The translations under genes were made by a program, and so were the position numbers. A stretch of DNA of 63,674 nt, the filler included, from Reticulomyxa filosa (Eukaryota; Protista; Foraminifera): the NCBI GenBank assembly GCA_000512085.1. It is 22 parts of 22 records of this genome, joined end to end, with 100 filler letters (N's around TTAATTAATTAA, not from the genome) between each part and the next. Parts side by side here need not be neighbours in the genome. Positions count along the whole stretch, not along the records: positions 20,976 to 28,181 come from ASPP01011999.1; positions 28,282 to 29,427 come from ASPP01020970.1; positions 29,528 to 32,627 come from ASPP01010085.1; positions 32,728 to 39,158 come from ASPP01005625.1; 18 more parts are not named here. The stretch is one strand, 5' to 3'. The notes beneath the pieces were generated by a model. That model did no database searches. It worked only from the letters and a program-made list of their open reading frames with translations, and was not told the origin of the DNA. Each line of letters begins with the position of its first letter. Position 1 is the first letter of the stretch. This document shows, piece by piece, positions 25,306 through 39,158 of the stretch.

Positions 25306-27338
25306 GTCAGCTGTAAACATCTACGATATTTTGATAACAAAAATTATTTAAGAATCTTTTACGAAATTTCTGACGAGCGTTCAGAAAGTTTTTTTTTTGA
25401 TTTAGCGGTCCCTTGGAGGGTTTACGATCAAATGTAGAAATTAGTGCGAAAAATGTGTAGATAAGATTCACTCGGCCAAGGCATTAAAAAATGTCACCTC
25501 CATGAACTTCAGTACACATAATCAATTATATTGTCGTTATCATTGAAAAATGAGCAGTATTTTTTCTTATGCAAGGGCAGTCGACAAAAATGTTAAATAA
25601 AAATAAACTGCAACAAAACAGTACGTTTGAAATATCAGTTACGGACTGAATGTTTTGATTAACGAAAAAACCAATTTTCTTTTTTATAAAAAAATGTTCT
25701 CCAGCATTTTAAAAAATTGATTTTATAAATACTTTTCCGTCTGATTTTTAAACGATTTTCATAGATATTTTTGGAACATGCCACATTAATAACGCACAGA
25801 AATGTTTTAACAAAGTCAATTTTTTGGGTAATTTGATCAAATTGAAAGATTTAAGGAAATTTCCATTGTAAACAATTTTCAAAGTAATTTTACAATAATT
25901 AACTACGCAAAAATTTTAACCACACTTGAATTTTATCAATTTTGAGCGCGCTTAGAAATCTGTTGAAATCAAACAAACAAAACGTTACGAAAAAACGCAC
26001 AGAAAAATTTTGATCTCTTTGATCAAAATATGTTTCAGCTGAACTATGCTCTTGATTTTGTTCGTCATAATTTTCAGTAACACGGACAAAAGTGTTTCAT
26101 CAAAACAAAAGAACAAAATAAGATTTTTTTTGGTAACTTTAAAAAACTTTTGCACACTACTTTGCGCCTTTCCGAAACGTTTCTGAATTTATTTTTTCAA
26201 AACGTAAAACAGTTTCGGCAATAAACAACACCAACAAATTGCAAAGCAATTTGATACATTTACTTCAATGAAAAAACAGACTTTAACAAACAAAGAGTTT
26301 TTGTTCCTTTTCAACAAACGTTCGAACTGAAACCCCCAAAAAAACTCTCAAACAAACTAGTTGTCAAATCTAATCTCATTAACAAAGCTTGGCTTTGTCT
26401 TTATATAGAGCAGCGTCTATTCGCTTTTTTTTATTAGCATTTGTCTTCTTTTATGACGCTATTGCAAAGTTGATCCGGAAGGTTAAATTTGAAGCATAAC
26501 TTTTATTTTAACAAGGGGTTAACTGCGACAGAATTTCAACATGATTATTGTACTTGAAGACTCTACCCATTCTACAAATTTTTTGATAATGAAGAAATTT
26601 TGATCGCATGAAGCTACATTTCGAAGGAGCAAAAAGGGGAAAGATATGACATACACGAAGATGGGGGAAAAAAAAGGAAGCAAATTTGGAGTGATTAACT
26701 TTGATTAAAGGCAAAACGTAAAACAAGGATGATTTGAGTTTAAATAAAGAAATTAATATGCACGTATTTCATTCCACTTTAAATCAAAAATTTTGCAGTC
26801 GCACATAGCAACCACGTCTAACTGATGTTTCAACCTTTTTTTATGTATGCAGTCCAACAATGTTGACAACATAAGCGGGCAAATAAAGATTATAGTGTTT
26901 TGTTATATATTTTGTGTATTTGTTTCTTTTTGATTGTCCTTTCTCGTATGTCAAAAAGGTATATTTTATTATCTACAAATTCTCACACGAAATTGCTTAT
27001 AAATTCATCATGTTGTCACAAAATAACAAAACACAGCTTTTTGTGAAAGTTGATATGATTCAAAGAAGTTAATGCAGTTGGATGAAAATAAGAAATTTTG
27101 TAGTATTCCATTGTGTTCAACTTTATACAAGTAAGATTATCCAAATAATGAAATGTTTGCATAAATCTTTTTAATATCCATAATATAATAATATTCTTCC
27201 GTTTTCTTACGAAATTTCTGTTTTTAATTTCGTACACAAGTTCGTTGTTCGTTAAAAAAGCTCAATAAAAAAAAACCTTGGACGAAATCAATAATCTGAG
27301 CAATCATTATAACAAAACCTACCTTCAAGGAAAAAACA

Positions 27339-28181
27339 ATGAGCAACATAGAAAATGAAAAAACTTCAAAAGAACTAGAACTTGGAGTGTCTCTAGTTTC
27401 TCTGGAGAATTCTTGTTTCAGTAGAGAGTGGATTTTGCAACTGAACCAGCAAGAGCAAATTAACCACTTTATTTGTTTGATTTGCAAACAAGTTGCCAGA
27501 AATCCTATTGAAATGGATTGTGCACAACACCAAGACTTGAATGAATCGCTTATTGTTGGAGCAAATTGTCTGAAGCAATTCTTAAGTACTAATCCTGATT
27601 CTTGTCCTGTTCAACCTCATAATTGTTGTTTGTATTCTCCAAACAGAGCAGCTCAACTACATATTGGTGACTTGAGGGTTACATGTCCACGACAATTTCG
27701 ACAAGATTCACAAATAACTACTCAACGACAACAATCAGAAGAAGAAGGAGATGAAAAAATAGCATGTGATTTTAAAGGAAAAATCAAAGAGTTAAATGAA
27801 CATTTGGATAATTTCTGTCCTTTGAAATTATTTGATTGCTGGTATAAACCATTTGGATGTGTCCATGCATGTCCTAAACAAAAATTAAAGCAGCATTTGA
27901 TTTTGAAATTAAAATTTCATTTTGATCTAGTTGTCAAGTTTGTTAATTCATTAAAACAAACTATCCAATTTCATCAAGTTAACTATTTTTTTTTAAGAAT
28001 TATTTAAAAACAAACATAGGCAACTACAAATAACAAAAAAATTAAACAGGATGAGATAACACAATTAAGATTACAAGTAGAATTCAATGAAAAAAAAAAT
28101 GAGGAAAATAAAATTGTGATTAATGAAAACACATCACTGAAGAAAGAGACAATGCAATTAATGGACAAAATAAACGAGACA
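27339..28181 (+). CDS. TRAF-like protein with degenerate RING and TRAF-type zinc fingers, 3' partial
   Basis: FICLICKQV...CAQH...GANC...CPVQPH, then CDFKGKIKELNEHLDNFCP and CWYKPFGC...H. A coiled-coil exon follows after 28050. Confidence 0.8.
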
Positions 28182-28299
28182 NNNNNNNNNNNNNNNNNNN
28201 NNNNNNNNNNNNNNNNNNNNNNNNNTTAATTAATTAANNNNNNNNNNNNNNNNNNNNNNNNNNNNNNNNNNNNNNNNNNNNATATATAATCTTTCTTAA

Positions 28300-29355
28300 C
28301 TTCTGCATAATTATCCCACATACTCTTACTATCTTTAAACACTTGTTTAAACACAGCAAAAGGCGTTTTTGGAAGCTCGAGATCCTTGCATTTGGCATTG
28401 CACTCGCTCCAAATGTCGCCAAAAGCGACGCTTTGCTGCAAACGCAAAGTGATGTCCATGATAGAGTCCAGCTCCGTGAGGACTTGCAGGTCTTGCACAT
28501 AGTGCTGTTTGACTTGCACAAAGCTCTGATACTCCCACGTGCGACTCTCCTCGGCAAGCGTGTTCAAGCTCGTGGACAAATCCTGGCTGTTCAAATAGCC
28601 ACTGGCTTGCGTTTGATTGAACTTGCCAATCGATTTGGAAAATTGCTCGTATTCGTGGATCACGTCGCGAATCGACGCAATGGGCTGCTCCAACTCTGTC
28701 GAGGGAGACACCAAGTCGCAAATGTGCTCCAAGTGATGCGTCAGGAACTTGCAAAGCTTAATGGAGAACAGCATGCTATCTTGGGCCAGACTGGTGCACA
28801 TGTGAGTGAGCAAGGACCGCAAATCCGGTCGCATCAGACTTTTGTGTTGAAACCATAAGCGACATCGCAGACAATACTCGAAATTGCGACAAAGCTCCTC
28901 ACTTGTCTTCTCCATGTTCTTTGTGTCCAGCTTTGTCTTTTGAGGAATGTTCTTCATGTAGCTGAATACCTTTTCCCACAGCTGCAGCTTTGGATCTGCA
29001 TGCTTGTCAATGTCCTCCACGTCGCTGCTCGTCCACACGTCGTTGTCCAGTTGCAATTCGCGAGATCGCTTTCCACGATTTCTGTCCAATATGTGTGATA
29101 CGTCTTCGCATTGTGAAAGGCCGACGAACTGAGCAATTCGACTACTTTCGACGGAAACGAGCTCTTCTTCTGCTCCTCTTTCATCAGCCAGTCTTTGAAC
29201 GAGTCCTCCACGCGCTTGTCAAATATCGTGTCGCTGGTTATATTGTCGGGCTTTTCTAAGAGCTCAATCCAACATGCACGAGTGGCTCGATCTTTCAATA
29301 GTCCCTTCAAAATGTGCGAAGTCAGTACCTCGATTTGGTTTTGATTTGTATTGTC
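28300..29355 (-). CDS. Internal exon of a large helical hypothetical protein with one frameshift near 29070
   Basis: ORFs 28954-29397 and 28226-29089 join if one A is added at GGAAAG (VEKRSRELQL). Acceptor A-run/AG near 29356. Confidence 0.5.
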
Positions 29356-29527
29356 CTTTTTTTTTTTTTTTTTTGTCAAAGTAAATAATGCATTCATTCA
29401 TTGCTTTAGTTGATTAGTTTAATTTTGNNNNNNNNNNNNNNNNNNNNNNNNNNNNNNNNNNNNNNNNNNNNTTAATTAATTAANNNNNNNNNNNNNNNNN
29501 NNNNNNNNNNNNNNNNNNNNNNNNNNN

Positions 29528-32520
29528 GTTGTCATTATCATTGTTATTGCTATTTTTTGCGCTTTGTTGTTGTTGGTCGTTCGTTTCTGATCCTTTGGCA
29601 TTATGGAATCGTGCCATCTTTTCTTCTTTGTGTTGATCACTGTCTTCGGGTGAGGTCACTCGGTCTTGGCTGGATCCACCACTGTGATGGCTTCCGTCAG
29701 ATGACGCCTCCGTGTGCAACTCGGTATCACTTTTTGAAATTTGCTCGTCTTTTGATTCCAATGAGTTTCCACCTTTTCCTGCAGCTTGTTGTTTGGACTG
29801 GACTTGAGATCCTTCCTTCACCGCATATTTTCTCTCTTTTAGCAATTTCTCTTTTGTATCCTGTTTCTCTTCTTCTTTCTCTTTTTCTTTTTCTTTTTCT
29901 TTTTCTTTTTCTTTTTCCCTTTCCTTTTCTTTTTTTTCTTCTTTTTCTTTTTCCTTTTCTTTTTCTTTTTCTTCTTCCTCTTCATTGCTGTGGCCAGCTT
30001 TTATCCCAGAGGTTGATGACAGTTTTTGCTTTTGCTGGTCCGAGAATGTTCCGGCGCTTTCTTGTTCCTTTTTATCCTGATGCACGGATTTTTGCTGTGT
30101 AATCGAATTCGTGTTCTTGGTTATGTGTCTGCTGATACGCATGGCTGGAGGTGGTTTTATTTCGTTACGACGGTTGTCTATGTCTTTCCTTGTGCTTTGC
30201 ATGGTCAATATCCCATCTGTGGACACGGTGAGAGAAGGAGAAGGATTGATCCTTTCAGTGGAATGTAAACCACTCAACGTGTTGCCTAATAACGGATATC
30301 GATTGGAAACACCTTTTTTTTTTCCCCCCCCCCCCCTTTATTTGTATCTTTGTCTATTCAAATTAAGTTTCTTTAAAAGATATGTGATTCATTTTATTTT
30401 TTTAATGTTTGAAGGAAAAAAAAAAAAAAAGTAGAACAAACCCATGTTATCTTTATCGTCCACAGTAAAGACAAATCCATCTTCGTCACTTTCCACATCG
30501 GGATATCGCTTGAAGGAATTGTCTTGCGGTTGACTGTCGGTTTTTTTTTTCTCCATGTGATTTTCCGCTTTCTTGTGTTGCTGCTTTTTTTGTTGCTGTT
30601 TTCTTATTTGTTCTCTGTGCAAAGGGGAAATTTTTTCCACGTCAAGCTCTTTTTCCTCTGTCGTTTTCATTTGGATCTTCTTTTTCTTGTCGTCATTCAT
30701 TGCAATAATCTTTTTGTTGACGTAAGTACTTACAAGTGGTTTCTCCTGTGATGACTCTTCTCTCTTGGTTTTTTCTTTTGCTTGTGTTGCTGTTGTCGCT
30801 GCCACTGTGGTCGTCACTGATAAACGCTGTTTTTCTTCTTCGTCATCCACATCGGCTGCTTCAATATCTCTGTCTTTCTTGTCTTCCTCCTCACTTTCAT
30901 TTTCATCATCTTTATTTTTACTCTCTTCCGTCTCGATTATCACCTCCTCTTCTTCTTCCTCTTTCTCTTCTTCTTCTTCACTTTCATCTCTGTTTTCATT
31001 TTTTTCTTCTTCTTCTTCTTCTTCTTCTTCTTCGTCGTCGTCTTCGTCTTCATTGTCACTTTCATCTTGGTTCTCATTCCTGTGCTCGTCCTCATCTCCA
31101 TCTTCATTGTCATTCTCATTGTCATCTTCATTATCATCTTCATTGTCGTCTTCATTGTCATCTCTATCGTCATTTCCATTTTCATCCTCGTCTCCATCTC
31201 CATCTCCATCTCCGTCGTTGTCTTCATCTTCATCTTCATCACTTGCATCATTGTCATTGTCACTGTTGTCGTCATCGTCGTTATTGTGATTGTCGTTGTC
31301 GTTGTCGTTGTCGTTGTCAAGTTCATCTTCGCTCGCAGTTTCATTTGAATGTTCTTGTGTGTGACTGCCTCCACGTTGGTTTCCATTCGTGCCCGCGGTC
31401 GTCCTTTTCGAAGCTGCATTGGCCTTATCCTCTTTCACTTCTGCTGCGAATTCTGCTTGTGTCTCGCTCTATATACCATTCATTCATTTATTCATCACAT
31501 TTCTCTCCCTCGCATGCGCATACACAAACATGCCTACATGCAAGCAACACACATACATACATACAACATAACGAGAGAAGGCTTTGGTTTGATGGAATTG
31601 ATTTTATCCAGAGAAATGGGGAGTGGATATATGTCAGGCGAATGCACGAGATTTGCAATCGGGCCATTGTCTTTGTAGGTGTCATTGTTATTGTTATTGC
31701 TAGCACGAATGTTGGCGGGATACGCTTCGGCGACTTTGAAAAACGACGGACTTGGAAAACAGTGAGCCGAAATGGCTGCCTTTCTTTCGGCATATTTTTG
31801 AGGCTCAAAGACGATTTGGAATAAAGAATACCAATCGCATGGCGTGTCAATTTTATTGGATAAAAGCGAGGACAACAAATTGTCTTTCCGTTCACTGGTG
31901 TCGTCGTTGTCATCACCACCACTACCACTACCACTACCACTACCACTACCATTACCATTATCATTATCATTATCATTATCATTACCCCTATCATTTTCCT
32001 CGTCTTCATTGTCACCATCGTTATCGCTATTATCATCCTCACCACCACTACCACTACCATCGATACCATCATTATTATCATCAACATCATCAGCATGGCC
32101 ACCACTCTTGGCTTGCAAAGACCTTTTTGCCAACCTTTGGACACCATGCCCCACCGCATTTTGGATGATGGAGACTTCATATTCCAGCTTTTTCATCAAA
32201 ATGCAAATGCTGACAAGATGGTTTTCGCCGATCGATATACGACCGAGATACCCTGTCTCTTTGTCAAGGTGACTGTCTCCCACTTGGATGATCAAGCGAG
32301 CCAGGTTTTCCAACACAATGTTGCTCAAGTGCTGTCCAAATGACATCCTTGTGCCCCCTGTTTTCGACGACGACGTCGACGAAAAGTCCATCGACAGAAA
32401 TTGCACCGCTTCGGTGACATTCAGTTTGTACAGTCCATTTAGCAGCTCCTCCATATTCAAGCTGCCGTTCTTCTGTTCATTCGCACTTTCCAATTCGTGG
32501 CGAATGCGATTTAACAGTTT
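29528..32520 (-). CDS. Large multi-exon protein with D/E/N-rich and K/E-rich low-complexity tracts; function unknown
   Basis: ORFs 31534-32493, 30389-31438 and 29480-30277 lie on one strand. The phase-1 intron at 30313-30441 joins the last two in frame. Confidence 0.65.
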
Positions 32521-35500
32521 GGGATACTATGTACATTTGAACGCATACACATATACATATAAATAAATAAATATATATATATATGTACATATATATATAT
32601 GTGTATATGTATACGTGATAAAGAATANNNNNNNNNNNNNNNNNNNNNNNNNNNNNNNNNNNNNNNNNNNNTTAATTAATTAANNNNNNNNNNNNNNNNN
32701 NNNNNNNNNNNNNNNNNNNNNNNNNNNATACAATCTCCCAAATAATTGAAAATGTATTTGCTTTAATTGCTGTTATCAATGCTCCCAATTTTCCCAAATA
32801 TCTTCTATATCAATGTTTGAGATTTTAATGAATGCAATCCATTTACAGGATCATTACCAATGTTGGATAATTTTGCAGAAAAATTTCTTTCTGGTCTTCA
32901 TTTTCTGCTTCAATATATTCTTTTCATTTATTTCTTCATTCCTTGTTTTCTTATGATTGTTTCAATTCGTTCAATCGATCTTAATTTGTGCGGGAAAAAC
33001 TACGATACTACCTACCAACTGAATTTGCAACAAAAGTTGCCAAAAAATAACAAAAGTGATAAGATCACAAGATTTTTACAATAGTAGTAAAAAAGTTTCT
33101 TGTTTTTCTGCTTTGCATTGCCTGCTTCCTTGGTACTTCTCGAATATTCACAAAAAATTATTGAATGTTATAGTCGCAAAATTTCGAAATCTCTTTTATC
33201 AGAAATATTGATATTCAATATATTTTTTTCAACAAACAAAGGAAATTAAAACAAAAATACAAATTTAAACACTATTGTATTTCATTTTTGTTTGCAATTC
33301 TTGCTCGCTAGTGACATTTTGTTTCGACTGCCCATTTTCGGTTGTTTCGTTTTATATCTGAAATTGCGCAAAATCGCGATATCAAGTATAAAAAAATTAA
33401 TTTCAAGTAGTTTCAAAACATTTCTCTCTCTCTAGTCTTTGTTTTTATTGGCACTAATGTTATCACAACGAAAATAGTTGGAAATATTTGAAGATAATCT
33501 TCAAAATTCTTTACAACTTTTTTGAAAAGTTGTGCTGTAATTATTGATGTTAAAAATGAATTTTTTAAAATTAACTTCAATGTTTTTCTTCAATTATTTT
33601 TTTGTTGACCATTTTGTAGCTTTAAGATTTTGATATTCTTTCTTTTTTGTGTTCCTTTTGAATACTATGTTCTATTTAGAATGACTTACTCTTTTTAACT
33701 CGAAAGAACTAATTTTGTGTAAGTAGTTATTGCAAAGAGTATTTCAAGATGAAGCAATGATTAGCTCAATATAATTGATACACTCAATGCAATCAATCTA
33801 AAAAATCTTCTATTATTGTTGTTACTTTTCTTCATTCGCTTATTTTTCTTTTTAATTGTTAATTTTAACTTCTTCTTTTCGTTCTTAAAATAATTATTTT
33901 TCTTTTCTTGGAAGATTGATTACAATATTTTCTCTAATAACTTAGCATAACATATAATCACTTGTATGATCCCAATACATTTATATTTTCTAGCATTTCT
34001 TTTGCTAAAACAATTATCTGATTTTTGACATTTTTTGCCACATTACTTGTATGCGTGTTATCTGGAACAATATCTTGTGAAATGCTTTAACCAAAAACAC
34101 TTCCAACATTGTACAACATAATATTTTGTACTGCTTCTGTATTTGTCAAACAATTTGCAGTACGTCAATCTGTAAAAAATTCTTATTTCCTTTTAGTCCA
34201 ATATATTTTTAATGTCATTCAATTTCCAAATAATACATTTGCAATTTGTATGCTTTAAATCTTTATTTATTCTCCACTTTAAATGCTTCTTTATTTCTTA
34301 TTCACTTTTACTTAAGATATGTTTTTATAGTTATATATTTGTTGATCTTACATCTCCACTTTTTGCTTCATTCTTGTTTTGATTTGTGAATGATTTGAAT
34401 CTTACATAAAGCACTTCATTTAATTTCTTTTTCGTTGTTTTTTCATAGTTTGCTTCTTCATTTCTTTGTTTTTTTGCTACAATTTGTTAAATGTTACTAG
34501 TCTTTCCAATTCGTCATATTTTTTTGGATCAAATGCACATATAATGCTCCCAAGTCTGTGAGAATGTTTGCCTTTGATCTTTGCTGCAAATTTGTTATAT
34601 TATATTCACCAAATAATTTCAATATTGATACTAATTATTTCAGATATTCCACATAAATAATAATGACTAATCTTTATGTATTTTGTCTCTAAATTTTTTC
34701 ATCATTTTTTCTTTATCTTCTTTTTTGTCATTGAGATTGGATAATTTGTACAATACTCAATCTAATTTTCTTTCTTGCAGTTTTTTGATATTCGTCATCT
34801 TTTGATCTTCTTGGTTCATTTGATACGTACACGTATTTTCGTTTTCCAATATTATTCAAATGTGCTTCAATAATTAATTTCGAAATTTTAATCATTACAT
34901 ATTGTTTATTGTGGCTATTTGTGGTTATTGCAATACATTCAATAGTGAATATTTGTTATCCTTGTCTTATGTTGTTTTTCCTTTCGCCATGTATTTACTA
35001 AAATCTGATAAATTTGACAATTTATTTCTCCATTTTGAAAATACAGAAACTTCTTCGAAAATTTCCAATTCGAGTCTAGGAAATTTCAATGTTCTGCGAT
35101 GAAATAAAAATTTTGCAAATGGTAGCATATACTCAAAAAATTTTGAAACGTTTAAAAAGTATTCCAATTAGATTCTTGAATTTGTCATTTCCTTGTTATC
35201 GTTTTTATGTTGTGGGTACTAATGTTGACTAAACAAAATACTTTTAATTTGGACTAAAAAGAAACGATTTCTGTTGTGTTTTTGTGCTGAAGCTCATTTT
35301 CATTGGATATTCATTTTTTATGTTTGTTTAAAGTAATGAAATTTGTATGTCATAGTTTTAATTGCTCTTTTTAAAAAGCAATTTGTTCTCAAGGATCAAA
35401 TAGAAGGACAAAAACTCATCCAAAAAAACACAATACTATTGATTCATACAGTGGAAAAAAAATTAACTTTTTAGAGAAAAAACAACTCAAACCAAAGCAA

Positions 35501-35635
35501 ACAAAGAGACTGTCTGTACAGACTGGAAAAAAAATTAAAAAAGCAGAAAAGAATTTAGAGATTGGGGATAGGGAACATAGAAAGACATATTATTGCAATT
35601 GAAAGAGACTACGGTTGCTCCCGGAACCTGTGTCA

Positions 35636-38600
35636 TTATTCTTCTTCTTCCTGAGACAAAAAATAAAGAACATAACACATTTTTAATTTGAAACTTGTAT
35701 TTGTTTCATAGATATGCGAACATAAAGTAAAGATATTACATCTGAATCAGAGGAATCGTTATCGTCAGTTCCTTCTTGATTTTGTTCTAGGTTTACACTT
35801 TGAACAATTCGATCACCGATCGGAGGCTCTGCCTGTAGTTCGGTACTAATATTTTCCTGACTCAAAATATGTGCATTACCCTTAGATTGCGTTTCTATAA
35901 TGTCAATAAGTATCTGATGAAAACTGGGCCACTTTGGATGATTATCAAAGAACTTTACAATATCCCATTGATCCTCAACTTCTTCACTCATATTTGGTTT
36001 TAGTACTGCAGCAATATCGCTTTGGTCCGCAAAATTTTCGCTTTTGGCATCATCGCCATTGTCATTTTTAGTGATATTTTTGTCATTGTTTGTGTTTTTA
36101 TTTTCATTAGTTTGTTCTTCTGAAGGTGTTTGCTCTTCTTCATTAATGATCACAGAACCTGTTTCAGATTGACTTTCATCCTGTTCAGATTCGTTTGCCT
36201 TCTGTGCTTCATCATTGGGATGCGCTACTCTTTTGTCGTGATTGTAGATGTCCCATAACATTTGAATGATATATCCATGGAGTGCTATTCCCATCCATTT
36301 TAAAACCAATTCGATTTACTCTTCTTCCAAGAGAAGGCGGACTGTTAATCTCAAGCTCAAACAGAAAAAGTGTATGTGTGTACGTATAAATAATAACTGC
36401 TTCGAGGGAGATCATTATTGTAAAAATCGATAAATGAATCCAACATGCCACAAGTAACAAATAAAAGTTTTAAAAATCTTCTTCGAAATATCATGGATAA
36501 ATGAAGCAACCGGCGAAAATGACACAAAAATAAGTTATTTGTTTTGTGAACGAATGCCAATTCCAGAATACCTTTCCAAAAGTCTGGTTTTAAATATGCC
36601 AAGACTTTGCCGCACTTAAATTGAGCCATGTCAGCAGAGAGAGTCAGCAACTCCAAGCAATTCAAACGAATTTGTCCAAAGGGTTTTTGGATTATGCCTC
36701 CAGCCAAAGGAATGGGTTCCAATCTGAGTCACAATAAACACAAAAATTGTCGCCCGTGATTGTTTCTGTAAGCTCCTTGCTTTTCAAGTTAGTATTTAAA
36801 CATTTGATATTTTGTTTAACTGCTTTTGTGGAAATAAGATAGCTTGACATAGTTGGGGTATGTAAGTATGCAATCGTTTCAACGATTTCTATATTTTGTT
36901 GAATATGTTGTGGGAATACAGCGCAGACACACAGTCAAGTAGAGTAGAGAACGTAGTACATTGAACATTTGAAATAATTGATTGGGCGAGGGTTCAGGAG
37001 GGCCCAATGCGGCCATGTCCGCAAATGAGGCAGGATCGATAATCGAAGGTCGTGAGCAAATATCAAGAAATTGAACCAACGTTTGTCCACACATGAGCCG
37101 ATGCCATAATGTCCTCGATTGATCGACATCCAGTAGTGCATGAATCATGGAATCGACGATCAAGTGTTCGTAGCCATGGAACAGTAGGCGCCCCTCTTCA
37201 ATGCAAGCCGAGCGTGCCACCAAATCAATAAAAAAAGTGGCATATTTCGTGGCGATTTCATCTCCGTGTTTGGGTGACAATGATACCTCTAGTAAATAAT
37301 CTAAGAAACGCCATTCCCGAAACATTTTAAGTAATTTTTTCTTTTTTTTTTTTTTTAAAAAAAACAAAACAAAGAGAGATTCGAGAAAATCCTTGATGCT
37401 GTAAAAAAGGCAAACACACCTTCACAGGTTGTAAGTTTGGTCCTTTGGTTGAAGGTCGAAAACAAATCAACCCAATGAAAAAGCTATTTATATTGCCTTG
37501 ATGCAAGTTGCGAAATAAGGCGTTTTTTGTCAAAACTGTTCCCCGTTCCGAGTAAGCATACATAAAAAACAAAGATATGTTATGCATTGACAGAGAAGAG
37601 AAACAGAAAGTGTGTGTTTTGTTGTTTGGCCTGAACACGTAACATTGTAAATCCTTGTCTGTCACCAGTTTGGAAAGGAATGGTTTCGGACAGTGCGTGA
37701 GCAAGGATTCCAATATAATACACCCGTGATACGTATTTCCATTTGACAATGGATGAAACACTGCCAAGGCATGAAAAGCAATTTCGGAGCATTTTCGGGC
37801 CAAAAATGTTTTCATGGTATCTGGTGCATCTACGGAAAGTATGCGCATTAACGAATGCGACCTTAACAAGACACACTTTATTTTGATTGTGGAGTGAGGA
37901 GATTTACAAAAACACAGACAAAAGGGGTCAATGCACAAATTAAATACAATTTGGTCGCTCGGATTTCGAATTCGTCCTCAAACAAAAAGGGTTTGATCAA
38001 TGGAATTGGAGAATTGTAGTCAATTGTATCCAAGCGTTGCTTCCAACCTTTGACGATTTCTGGCAATCGCGAAACATAATTCAATAGCATATGAGTGATC
38101 TCTGGAGTTGGACAAACACAAAACTACATCGATATTGATTTGATTTGATTGTAAAATATGTTTTGTAAATACAAAACTTTCTTTGGAAAAAAATTCAATC
38201 ATTTTCCAATTGACATGTGGCTCTTTCAATTCCAAAAATGATTCGAGTAATTGCACTTTTTCGGCATCTGTTCCGTCTTCCTCGTCTTCACTTCCACTTG
38301 GTATTGCTTCACCTGTTTCCGCTTCACTGTCAATGTTTTCATTTATACCTTTTGCACCATTATTTTTTGGTTTGTCTGATATTTCTATGTCTGTTATTAT
38401 TGGCATTGTTGTTGTTGTTGTTATTGTTATTGTTGTTGCTGTTGTTATTGTTGTTGCTGCCGTTGTTGATGATGCCAAAGTGCCAACCAAATCGGATGTC
38501 GTGGAATCCACATTAGCCTTGATTTCATTCACTTCCACGCTGCTTGGTGTCATCACAACTGCCAGATCGTTCTCACCGCTCTTCTCGTGTTTCAGTTCCT

Positions 38601-39158
38601 CATTTGCGGGTTTTGATTGGTTGTCCCTCGAATCCAGTTCATTATTCTTGTTCGGAACATTTTCCACGTCATCCAACTCCTTTGATTCCGCGTCTTCTAC
38701 GATGTCAGCCGCGGCTTGTGAATTCTCCCTGAATTTTGGTATAACCAATTTGACTTTTGTTTATGTTTTGACAAGGAGAAAAAGAAAAAAGAAATTGAGA
38801 TTACATTTCCGATGTTTTCAACAGCTCTGTCATGAAATCAGTATCACCACTAAAACTCAATGTGTGATCACTTTTCTTGTGTTTGGGCCTGCCTATTGGT
38901 TGGTCCTCTTTCTGTTCCATTTGGACCTCTTCCTTTGCTGTTGTCGGCAATGGCAACGAAGTAGAATCGCTTTCTTGTTTTGGAATGACTTGTGTGTTGG
39001 CTGTTTTATCCATGTCCTTGGATTTTTCTACGACATTCACTTCTTCCTTTTTTTGTTCTTGTTGATCAACTGACTTTATGTTGTCATTCACTTCAGGGCT
39101 CTTTGAAATTACTGTCTCGTTTTGATTTGGATTTGAATTTGGATTTGGATTTGGATTT
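35636..39158 (-). CDS. SIT4-associated / PP6 regulatory subunit (SAPS-family)-like protein, multi-exon, 5' partial
   Basis: PFGQIRLNCLELL, LELAFVHKTNNLFL, LHGYIIQM and WPSFHQIL parallel the SAPS motifs PLG..RLK..EL, LFF.Y..NNFLH, GYMGH and W..F. The N-terminal part has KMIEFFSKE...LLNYV. Confidence 0.6.

Noticed and set aside
30736-32272. Long plus-strand ORFs rich in His, Ser or Leu (e.g. HYHYHY, poly-S)
   Set aside because: Antisense shadows of the minus-strand D/E/N repeat-encoding exons.
32728-35500. AT-rich stretch with short ORFs (similar ones at 5610-6700, 14800-17000, 18739-20600, 40788-42100)
   Set aside because: No continuous frames or recognisable motifs; probably intergenic DNA and decayed gene debris. 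No tRNA, rRNA or transposase signature was seen by eye.
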